In this document: positions 13,101 through 25,100 of the stretch, piece by piece
Layout of the letters: the number at the start of each line of letters is the position of its first letter
How positions within the stretch are numbered: position 1 is the first letter of the stretch
Assembly (NCBI GenBank): GCA_002269645.1
Contig: NIVC01002999.1
Span: 1-64,000 of the forward strand
Origin: Macrostomum lignano
Taxonomy: Eukaryota
Direction: 5' to 3'
DNA length: 64,000 nucleotides
Notes under the pieces: model-generated
The model's input: only the letters and a program-made list of their open reading frames with translations
Databases searched by the model: none
Told to the model about the DNA's origin: nothing
Made by a program: the position numbers and the translations under genes

Positions 13101-16100
13101 TTTCTACGTGTTCTTCATTCCTCTGTGCCCCCATGGCTACATGTACGCCACCACCAACAAATTCTAGGAGAAATGGTGATAAGACATTGAAAACCTATCA
13201 ACTCATTCTCTAGGTTCGCATCAAAGGTAAATCTCTCGGTGGAATTTACATTGTGTTCGCACTGCCCGACCAGTCTACTAAGTATCTGTCGTCGCCAGAT
13301 TTATTCTTAACCTTTCTGATGCACGTTGACGAGCGCGGCGGGTTGCAAGACTGTCTGCACAGATTCGGACTGGGCTATTGTCAGTGCCGACTGTTGCCTA
13401 GCGGCAATCTAGGCTTTGATTCGTACTGCATCGCCATCAAAGGCATGTGTAAAGTTCGCGATGCGGAGAACAGAGTGAGTAGATCTATATGTGCTCAGAT
13501 TATATAAAGATTGGTCAAAATGCATATTAAATAGTCTCGCTGTAGAACGGAGAGGTGAACTTAGGTACGCGGAGTGGGGCTCAAAGTAAAGCTCGAATCA
13601 CTGTGGAAATCTTACCAGACCAGTTCGGGACACTCGGCAGGGTTTCATGGTAGGAAGTTTATCAGACACATCACGAACTAGCTGGGACACTTACGAACAA
13701 CTATGCGCTATCGTGAAAGGGGTTGTCTTGCGATTCAGAGCCATGAGGCTAATCCCCAAGGTACAGAACGTGTACATAACCTGACAAATAAAATATCAGG
13801 GCCGATGTACACCCTGTGTGAGAGCGTTTATGAGTTCCCAGTGCCTGCTTACAGTATTGGTACACTTGTATGGGATCAGGAGTCTGCAGAGTGGGCTGAA
13901 TTGCTAAACGGCTGGTTGTAGGACGATGTAGCCAAACGCGTTGCACCATAATTAATGAATAATTAACAATAAATATATGCACTTGTTTCTGACCCGTGTA
14001 ACGAATCAATACTAGACTTCCACGTATTATACATTTTCATGTACACCTGTTATATTTAGCGCTCCATTTGCCAACACGCAGGCAATTACAGCAGTGTTCC
14101 GCTACCTGGCCTTACTGCGCGCCGTTGGCATTAACGAGCTTCAACGTAGAGAAATTTGTAAAACGCACGAATTGACTTATAATCCATTTAGTTTGACCGA
14201 GTTCGGTCCGCCGCCCGAGTGCCTGCCGCGGCGCATGCAGCGATATCCGCTCAGAGACCTGCTGGTAGCTCGTTTTAAAATGTCAAACACCGGGTCCGGC
14301 GTGCTCGTGGAATTCCTTAGTAGCTTATCACCGGATCGCTGCAAAGTTTTTGTTTCCGATACCAATGCCAGCAATAGGGAAGGTGCAACCAGTCAGTGTA
14401 AGTGTGCATTTTTACCCAGTGAACCGACACACTTTACCAGCGTAATATTTTGCCATTACAGTTTGGAAGTGACAAAAACAATTTGAAAAACGTTGGCCAT
14501 ATATATTATACTTCAGTTGGTTGATCAGATGTTGTCAGCACTCATTTTAGCGCCGCAGGCACTCATTTTGGCGCGGCGGGCACTCATTTTAGCGCCGCAG
14601 GCACTCATTTTGGCGCGGCGGGCACTCATTTTAGCGCCGCGGGCACTCATTTTGGCGCCGCGGGCACTCATTTTGACGCCGCGGGCACTCATTTTGGCGC
14701 CGCAGGCACTCATTTTGGTGCCGCGGGCACTCATTTTGGCGCCGCGGGCACTCATTTTAGCGCTGCAGGCACTCATTTTAGCGCCGCAGGCACTCATTTT
14801 GGCGCCGCGGGCACTCATTTTGGTGCCGCGGGCACTCATTTTGGCGCCGCGGGCACTCATTTTGGCGCCGCCGGCACTCATTTTGGCGCCGCAGGCACTC
14901 ATTTTAGCGCCGCGGGCACTCATTTTGGCGCCGCAGGCACTCATTTTAGCGCCTCGGGCACTCATTTTGGCGCCGCCGGCACTCATTTTGGCGCCGCCGG
15001 CACTCATTTTGGCGCCGCAGGCACTCATTTTAGCGCCGCAGGCACTCATTTTAGCGCCGCGGGCACTCATTTTGGCGCCGCAGGCACTCATTTTAGCGCC
15101 GCAGGCACTCATTTTAGCGCCGCCGGCACTCATTTTAGCACTCATTTTAGCGCCGCAGGCACTCATTTTGGCGCCGCAAGCACTCATTTTGGCGCCGCGG
15201 GCAATCATTTTGGCGCCGCAAGCACTCATTTTGGCGCCGCGGGCAATCATTTTAGCGCCGCGGGCAGTCATTTTGGCGCCGCGGGCACTCATTTTGGCGC
15301 CGCGGGCACTCACTTTGGCGCCTCGGGCACTAATTTTGGCGCCGCGGGCAATCATTTTGGCGCCGCGGGCACTCATTTTAGCGCCGCGGGCACTCATTTT
15401 GGCGCCGCGGGCACTCACTTTAGCACTCATTTTAGCGCCGCAGGCACTCATTTTGGCGCCGCAAGCACTCATTTTGGCGCCGCGGGCAATCATTTTGGCG
15501 CCGCAAGCACTCATTTTGGCGCCGCGGGCAATCATTTTAGCGCCGCGGGCACTCATTTTGGCGCCGCAAGCACTCATTTTAGCGCCGCGGGCACTCATTT
15601 TGGCGCCCCAGGCACTCATTTAAGCACCCGTTGGCGACGCCCCTGCCCCCTGCCCTTCATCTGACCCCACCCCCAACTAGAGATTAAAAGCTTTGTAATA
15701 CATCGGTATTGGCGCAAAAGTAGAGAACTTTATAATCAATATCAATATACTGTAAATATTCGTAAACAAAGTAGACATCGTCATAAATATATAGATGATG
15801 TCAAGACACAAAAATGGAGTCAGAACACAGATTTTGGGGGACGCAAAGAGGTACATTTACGTGGGCATAAATAATAAAGAAAAAAGGGTAAAATTTAAAA
15901 GCAACGAAGAATACACTGCAAAAACTTTTTTACTTTTTTTACAAAGGGTCTAAGTGTATTCGGCCAAGTACTATTAGATTAGCTTCTTGCCACATAACTA
16001 AGTTTAGGTTTTCACGAGCGTGAATGACAGAATCATAAGGCCAGTTGAAGTGTCAGTTATCGATAGTATCATTTTTTTCACAGCCCCAGACAGCAGCAAG

Positions 16101-19100
16101 CCGGGAGAGCGCGTCAAGTTTACAGTGGAGAAAATTCCATCGGAGCTCCTGTCGGCTTGGGCCGCCAGCTGGCCGTCGAAGTCGGAGTTCGATGCCGACT
16201 TTATTCTGACACCGATCGGTCCCAATCCGACGCTGCCTCGTCCGCATCGATTTTTGCCCTGGAAAATTCCCTCGGAGGTGAGTGCGAGTTTAGCAATGAA
16301 AAATGTCTTGCTGGAAATTTTTATGCTGCCATAAATAAAATCAATAGACACATCGATTAGCAGAAGGATCGTGTTCATCCTAACGCAACGCCTTCGGCGA
16401 CATCGTCTCATACCCAAGTCTGCCCATTTCGCTGACTCCTGGGCACATACAAGCGTGCAAACACTCATACACACGCTCACACAGGGTTTACATCGGTTCT
16501 AACTTTCCAATCGTCAGGCATGTAGACTCTCTGGGCCTTAAGTTAATGCGAGTCGCATACGAGCGTAAAAACCTCCCCAGCCAATTTTCGTGTGCACAAT
16601 CCCTTATTTAATGTGGCGTTCGGGAATGGGACGTGTTTACACTCTGCTCTCATTTATAATTACGTGTATACTTTGATATCTTAAGTAAGATGCCTCTTTA
16701 AAGTCGCTCATAATAATCCGTTTCTCTACCCTACAGTTCTCTACTATTCGATCAGAGTCTTCAACGTTGATAAAATCTCGTTGCAACGATCTCGGGGCAC
16801 CGGTGTCGCTCGAATACGCTACGACAAGGTGCAACTGCTTGGAGTTAACGAACGGCGCCCAAGCCATTCTGCTGCACAGCGAAGGTCTTGAAAATAAATC
16901 ATTCGTCTGCGTCAGCCTTGGCGTCGGTCGGTTGCACGACCCACCGGACTGTGCGGGACTGGCTCAGCTGTGCCAGCGCCTGACTCTGCTTGAGTCGAAG
17001 AAGTATCCAAACATAACCGAGTGCTTGCACAATCTTCTCTATATAAACAGCTATCAAGGGTCGCCGTACTACGCGACGAGCGTTTCCGACGACCAGACAA
17101 CTTACCGGTTCGAAATCGACAATTCATTCTTACATGAAAGTCTAGACCGTCTTAGTGCGGGTATCCTGAGCCCTGAATTTACCGAGTCTAGTCTTACCCG
17201 TGAGCAACATCAGAACTTCTACAGTTGCAAGATTTCTGCCTTGGATTGCCTACAGCGCAGCTCGGGAAATTCAACTCATCCGATCAATCACCTGATACAG
17301 GGCAATAATAAGACCGTGGGTTTGCTTGAGTTCAAAGAGCTGCACAAGCATCTAACTAGCTTTCATTCGCGGTACTACAGCGCTAATCTGCTGCGTGTAG
17401 CAGTGTCTAGCAGCCACAGCATGGAAGACATAGAGGCAAGAGATCATTTTTATGTCACTTTTTTAATTGAGTCAGGGGTGCTAAACAAACAGTTTAATGT
17501 TTCAACAGGCAATGGTTCTCACAGCATTCGGTGGAATGCCGAATCTGTCAGTATCGCCGCTGTCCTGCTATACTCACCCGTTCGAGGGCTCTAAGTTGGG
17601 CGTCAAGGTAAGCTTTATCTCTCTCATGGTCTCAATTACCAGGACCACTAGAAATTGTGTCGTATCAGAATTTAGCACTTACCGTCTATGAAAAAATCTA
17701 ATTGAAGGCTAAATTTCGCTCAAAATTTGCGATCGTCGTAATATCGATCGTAGGAGGTAAGAAATTGTCGAATAAGTGATTGAAGACGATAGAACGTAAC
17801 TGCTACGTCCTGATGCAAACTAAGCTTCTAGTGATCATTCAAGATTTTTACAGGGCTTATAAATAATAACTTTGCATTACCTAACTTGTCCAGATTCGAG
17901 GAAAGTCATTAAGCCTCGGCGGAGCGCTGCACATCGTGTTTCCTCTGCCCGACCAGACGGAGTTGTACAAAACCTCACCCGATCTGTACGTTAGTTACTT
18001 TCTCAACAGTGACTGCGGCGGCAGTTTAAACGCCTGTCAGGATCAGCTCAATATTGCAACAGTATCCGCCGGGATGCAGAACTCCGGTTCGCTAGGATTC
18101 GATTCGTATTGTGTGACAGTGTTATTATCGAATACTACTGATCTAAGTAAAGCTGATCTGATTAAAACTGAGAACAATGTGAGTACTTTATAAACAGAGC
18201 AGGATTATTTACAAAAAACAAGTTAGTCGGGCCTTTGGACACTGCCGAAAATAAAGGTGGCAGTCTCTCTAGCCATGACAGATGAAGGCAGTGCAGGTAA
18301 AGGCCGGTTCACATTACCACTAATTGCTATGCTGGTCAAAGATTGCCCAAACCAACAATGCACAGTCGATTCAGGTTCATTTAAAAAATAAATTTGAGCA
18401 ATATTTTGTCCCCAGAGTTACTGATGGTACTACGAAGTGGTCTTCTAATAATATTGTAACTTTAAATTTCTTACATTCTTCGGACGTCCAATACTTAAGC
18501 TTATAACTTATTTTGCTTTTTAACTGTGTAGATAGACACTTTCAACAACCTTCACCTATCAAACCATTTTAAAATCTGTAATAAATACTCGTGCTATTGC
18601 TAGCTATATTTTATTGATGTTAACGTGGACGAATCTCAACATTTTTAGGCAATAACAGCCGTATTCCGGTACCTAACAATGCTGCGACAGCTGGAGCCTC
18701 GGGAGTGTCTGTTCAACATGGTCCGTCTTGCTCAAAGAAGGCTGTTCAATTTCGACCGCGAAGGCGAGTGCATGGCGCCGGGCAGTGAAAAACTCGACCC
18801 GTTGCAGCGGTTCTGCGATGAGTCGCTGCAGGTGCATTTGCAACGGTATCCAGTTAAGGAGCTGCTTACTGCTAGAAGTGGCGCCAAGCTTGAATACTCG
18901 GCACAGGATATCGCGGCATTCCTTCGCTTGCTTGTTCCAACCAACTGCAAGATTTTCGTCTCCGATTTTGGAGCAGATGCCGATCACGAGTGCTCGTTGT
19001 TAAGTGAGAATTATTTCTGTTTCTTATGGTGTATTTTTACCGCAGCACCAATCTGCTCATCTTTCCTGGTGTGATAAACGCAAGGGCGTTGCCAGAATTC

Positions 19101-22100
19101 TTCTTTGGGAGGCTGAGTCGTCTGGGGGCTTTAGCACAAAGGGCTTTAGCACCAGGGGCTTTAGCACAAAGGGCTTTAGCACCAGGGGCTTTAGCACTCT
19201 AGGGGCGCCAGCACCAGGGGCACCAGCACCAGGGGCGCCAGCACCAGGGGCGCCAGCACCAGGGGCGCCAGCACCAGGGGCGCCAGCACCAGGGGCGCCA
19301 GCACCAGGGGCGCCAGCACCAGGGGCGCCAGCACCAGGGGCGCCAGCACCAGGGGCGCCAGCACCAGGGGCGCCAGCACCAGGGGCGCCAGCACCAGGGG
19401 CGCCAGCACCAGGGGCGCCAGCACCAGGGGCGCCAGCACCAGGGGCGCCAGCACCAGGGGCGCCAGCACCAGGGGCGCCAGCACCAGGGGCGCCAGCACC
19501 AGGGGCGCCAGCAACAGGGGCGCCAGCAACAGGGGCACCAGCACCAGGGGCTTTAGCACCAGGGGCTTTAGCACCAGGGGCGCCAGTACCAGGGGCGCCA
19601 GCACCAGGGGCGCCAGTACCAGGGGCGCCAGCACCAGGGGCGCCAGCACCAGTGTGTAAAGTACATTGCCATAAAAAATCCGTCGTATTTTCGTCCGTCA
19701 CTCCCCAGCACCTGGCGGCAGTCTCTGCTGCAAGCCGAAGAAGGCAAACGAGCTGCACACGCTGGAAAAGCTGCCATCGGATCTTCTCACCGCCTGCTCA
19801 GCCAGCTGGCCAACTGCCTCCATCATGGCGGACACTTTGATCAAGCCGCCAAGGGAAAACTTGTTTATCAGTGCCGATTTTCAACTTAAATCGAGAGAGA
19901 AAAAATTTGAGGTATTCAATAATCTTTATTTATGTTTTACTATGCTTCTGCAAGGGAAACTAGCAAGTAGGTAGTGGTTTGTCGTGCAACCAGGGCCAGA
20001 TCCTGATCCAGATCCTACCAGACAAAATCAAGTAGAAATCTCTATGTATTAGTTCAGTACATGTACCTTGATTATGTGCTATTTGATATCTTTGCACTCA
20101 AAGCAGTCTTGTTTAGATCATAGTTTCTAAGAAACCAAAGAGACGGCAGTCCTTGCTCCTTTCCACGTCTAATTTTAGTCGTCCGGTCCTCAGCAGCTGC
20201 TGATCAAACAGTTTCCCAACGGCACCAGCATTTCTGGTGCTCGACTCTGGTTCTGTCAGGACGGCCTGCAGTCGTTCAAAACTCCTCATTGTTTTATCGC
20301 AATTGATCTGCTGACGTCGCCTGGATCGATTGTCACAGATTGCAGGTCTTCCATCCATCTGGACTATCTGGTGCAGCTGATTGAACTTCACATTCAGGAG
20401 TTAAAGGAACTGGCTTTAGAAGCCGAACTAGATTTGGAAATTTCCCGTAGCGACAGTGGAATTCAGATCTGCGCTGCAGGCTACAGTCAGCCTCTGCCCC
20501 TGCTGATTTCGACTGTGATGCAGAAGATTACAGAGCTGGATATTACTGAAACTTCGTTTTCAAGGGTAAGAATTGCTTTGACACGTACGGGGGGAATTGT
20601 CCGCAGTTTCTGACACTTTTAATTCCATTTTTATACAAATTTGCTGTCATGGTAAAGTGCATGGCACATTACTTATTTCTGATAAATTTAATCCCGGATG
20701 TGTTGGTCTGTTCATTAAAAATTTGAGCTTTTAAGCAAATTTGAGCCTGTTTCGCAACCTCCACACTCGCCGGAACTCGCGCCAGCCGATTTCATTATTT
20801 TTCCGCAGCTGAAGGGGCGAGCCGTTCGATGGGGTGAGTTGATGCCAGCAAGGATCATTTGGAAGACAAGATCTGGTGCAGACTCCCCAAGGTATTTCAG
20901 GACAGTGCTGTTTTAAAGCGATTGACGGGATGCTCAAGCCATAGAGGAAGTGTGTTGCTACAGGTGGAGAGGATGCTCAAGCCGTGGAAGAAGTGAGTTG
21001 CTACAGGTGGAGAGGATGCTCAAGCCGTGGGAAAAGTGAGTTGCTACAGGTGGAGAGGATGCTCAAGCCGTGGGAGAAGTGAGTTGCTACAGGTGGAGAG
21101 GATGCTCAAGCCGTGGGAGAAGTGAGTTGCTACAGGTGGAGAAGATGCTCAAGCCGTGGAAGAAGTGAGTTGCTACAGGTGGAGAGGATGCTCAAGCCGT
21201 GGGAGAAGTGAGTCGCTACAGGTGGAGAAGATGCTCAAGCCGTGGGAGAAGTGAGTTGCTACAGGTGGAGAGGATGCTCAAGCCGTGGGAGAAGTGAGTT
21301 GCTACAGGTGGAGAGGATGCTCAAGCCGTGGGAGAAGTGAGTTGCTACAGGTGGAGAAGATGCTCAAGCCGTGGGAGAAGTGAGTTGTTACAGGTGAAGA
21401 GAATGCTCAAGCCGTGGGAGAAGTGAGTTGCTACAGGTGGAGACTGTGTTGAGAAGGATGTCTTAATTAAAAGGCGATTATGATAATTTAAGCCAATGAT
21501 CTGTTTATATAAGGACAAACCATCGCCTTTTATATCCGTTGTCACAGTCACTGCTAAGACTATTAGTGGCATCGCGACGCTTTCTCAAGCATAAATTTCC
21601 AACGCACATGACCATAATACGAGATTGAATTTATCAGAAGAAAGAAATGTACCGCTTTAATACTCGTATGGCACCAACAAATTTGTGTTTGCAGCCGCTT
21701 CCAAAAGTGTCCGAACTTTCCGGACAACCCTCTTCCATGCATTGACTGTGATGAGTTGAATTTTACTACTAGTTCTGAACAACTCTACTAGTAGTAGCGC
21801 AGCAGAGTTTCGCCGATTTTTTCAGGCTCGTTTATCAGTGAAGTCCTCTCTGAAGAACGACGAGGACGCTGATTCTTCGGAGGCACTGCAATGCTTGACG
21901 CTCATTCTGGGGACGCCGGCTGCGATGAACTGGCCGCACCGGGACAAGAGCTCAGAAGCGAAGAGTAAGAAGAGCTCAAAGATAATAATTATTTCATGCT
22001 TAAATAAGAAAGCGTCATTCAAAGAGAGTTGAGGTATAGTAGAGTTCAGTGCGGAAATGCATATTAGAAAAATTAACAATGATAAATTTCCCAACGGTTT

Positions 22101-25100
22101 CCTGCAAACAGACACCTATGAATTATCCAGTAATAATAAATACACCTGCCACAATGGGGGGGGCACACAGCCTCAATTACCCCAGCCAATGCTGGCACCC
22201 ATTTTACAGCTGGGTGAACTGAAGCAATGCAGCTAGGCTACAACCGCAACACTAGGCTACAACCCCAACACTAGGCTACAACCCCAACACTAGGCTACAA
22301 CCGCAACACTAGGCTACAACCCTAACACTAGGCTACAACCCAGGGTTTTTTTTACCCCAATTAGTACCCCATGGGGTATTAGTCAACTGATTTGGGGTAC
22401 TATTTTGCCCATTAATACCCCAGAATGGGGTACTATTTTTTCGACTTTAATTCAAACAAGTTAAGCTTTTTTCTAAAATTTGCTGTTCAATTAAAATTCT
22501 GACTGGGCTGGTATGGGTCTTTGTACTAAGGTATATCCACTCGTGTGGTGAGTCAGACTGTCAGGCTAAAACTCTAAAAGTGAGAGAGGGTTGGAATTGG
22601 AAACTGATCTAATTGGAATTAGATTTAGATTAGATTGCGATACTGCAACGCCATCTAATTTACTTGAAATTTCGAAATCTAGCTTGTTCAGCCTTCAACG
22701 AAAGACACAAGAATGCAGTCAAACATTAGCAGCTGTGTTTTAACTCTAAATATAGTCTTGATTAAGTTATTTGACTGCGCCAGAATCAATTTTTATAAGA
22801 ATTCAAGTAAACTACAGAGGCAAAATTAGAAATTTCATGGGGTATTACTCCTCCAAAATGGGGTACTACTCAGAGGCTTGATACCCCAATTCGGGTACTA
22901 ATCAATAGCGAAAAAAAACACTGCTACAACCCCAACACTAGGCTACAACCCTAACACTAGGCTACAACCCAACACTAGGCTACAACCCCAATACTAGGCT
23001 ACAACCCCAATACTAGGCTACAACCCCAACACTAGGCTACAACCCCAACACTAGGCTACAACCCCAACACTAGGCTACAACCCCAATACTAGGCTACAAC
23101 CCCAACACTAGGCTACAACCGTAACACTAGGCTACAACCGTAACACTAGGCTACAACCGCAACACTAGGCTACAACCGCAACACTAGGCTACAACCCTAA
23201 CACTAGGTTACAACCCCAACACTAGGCTACAACCCCAATACTAGGCTACAACCCCAATACTAGGCTACAACCGCAACACTAGGCTACAACCCCAACACTA
23301 GGCTACAACCCCAACACTAGGCTACAACCCCAACACTAGGCCACAGAAAGGATCGAGAAAGGGCCAGTGACAGCAGAGGCAAAGAAACTCAGCGCCAAAC
23401 ATGTCCGACTCTCGCACCACACGATCCCCTTGGTTCGATTCGGTGTGCAGCCCCATTTATCGTAATTGTGAACAAAAATATTGGTCTGACCGTTGTCGCA
23501 CGATTCACACAGAGTGTACATGCCCGATGATTAGAAAGTCATGGCTGCTGTACACCTTGTATGAGCGTGTGGATGAGTGCGTGTCTGAGTACAATATCTG
23601 GAAGAATGCCCCCCTGTGCTGATTGTGGAACAATTTCGCCGATATTCAGAGCAAACTCTCCTGCAAATATCTATTAATAAGTGACAAAATTGATTCCCTA
23701 ACATTCGATTATTTGTCTATTTCGTTTAAGACAAAACAAGAAATAATATTTTTGCAGAGGCAACCTATGAAAGCGTACTGAAGTTTGCCCAGGACAACTA
23801 CGGTCCATTGTTCACTCGTTTACAAAAGCAGCAGCAGCAGCAAAAGTCACCGCAGCCACAGCAGTCTCCGCCCCGACAGCTGTTTATAGAGGTGCTTGTT
23901 TATGGCAATGCCAAAGCAAAAGAAGCAGTGGCCGCGGCAAAGAAAATCCTGGACAAAGTCTCTTCGCAACAGTCTCCAGCAGCAGCAGCAAAAGCTTTGT
24001 CACCTTCATCTTGGGAGTCGCTGAAGAGCCGAGGCGTCCTACTTCCACCGGGAAGTCACTATCTGCTTAAATTGCCGAGTAGCACAAAATCAGGCATGGC
24101 GTCGAGTTGCGTGGTCGTCTTTCAGTTCGTTACGCCTCTTTCTCTTAAAACTGGTGAAAAAATTGCCCAGGATTTTCTTTTTGATTTGCTTCTGCGGATT
24201 CTTCGTCTGAACATTGAACAGAGCGACGTACCCGGTTGTGCTCAGGTCCAACTGGAGCAGATACCCGGCCATCACGGAAATATTCTTGTGATCGATGCCG
24301 CGTCTATCACTCAGCACCCAACTGTGGTACGTGCAGCGTTATGAAATGCTCATTTTATTATTAGGATTTATTATATAAATAATCAGGGATGTCATGTATC
24401 AGAAATCAAGGATGCATCAGGGATTCCAGGATCAGGGATGCCAGCATCAAGGATGCCAGCATCAAGGATGCCAGCATCAAGGATGCCAGCATCAAGGATG
24501 CCAGCATCAAGGATGCCAGCATCAAGGATGCCAGCATCAAGGATGCCAGCATCAAGGATGCCAGCATCAAGGATGCCAGCATCAAGGATGCCAGCATCAA
24601 GGATGCCAGCATCAAGGATGCCAGCATCAAGGATGCCAGCATCAAGGATGCCAGCATCAAGGATGCCAGCATCAAGGATGCCAGCATCAAGGATGCCAGC
24701 ATCAAGGATGCCAGCATCAAGGATGCCAGCATCAAGGATGCCAGCATCAAGGATGCCAGCATCAAGGATGCCAGCATCAAGGATGCCAGCATCAAGGATG
24801 CCAGCATCAAGGATGCCAGCATCAAGGATGCCAGCATCAAGGATGCCAGCATCAAGGATGCCAGCATCAAGGATGCCAGCATCAAGGATGCCAGCATCAA
24901 GGATGCCAGCATCAAGGATGCCAGCATCAAGGATGCCAGCATCAAGGATGCCAGCATCAAGGATGCCAGCATCAAGGATGCCAGCATCAAGGATGCCAGC
25001 ATCAAGATCAGGGATGTCAGGGATCAGGGATCAGGGACGCCAAAGCTAACTCCAATAGTGCTGCATACTTGTACATGTATACTTTTGATATTCATTTGTT

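Noticed and set aside
14493-15623. 376-aa and 364-aa ORFs on both strands (ALILAPR / MSARGAK)
   Set aside because: Stop-free 21-bp minisatellite inside a phase-consistent intron.
2172-17594. Four separate M16 genes (starting at 2181 and 16767 as the ORF track suggests)
   Set aside because: Those ORFs start at GTG/TTG right after phase-matched splice acceptors and lack an ATG; they read better as internal exons. Not excluded without RNA data.
19004-19840. Collagen/elastin-like PGAPA ORF
   Set aside because: 15-bp minisatellite; the real exon resumes at the acceptor at 19709 in a different frame.
3217-25010. Regularly spaced repeats as CRISPR arrays
   Set aside because: Units are contiguous with no unique spacers, there are no cas genes, and the context is eukaryotic.
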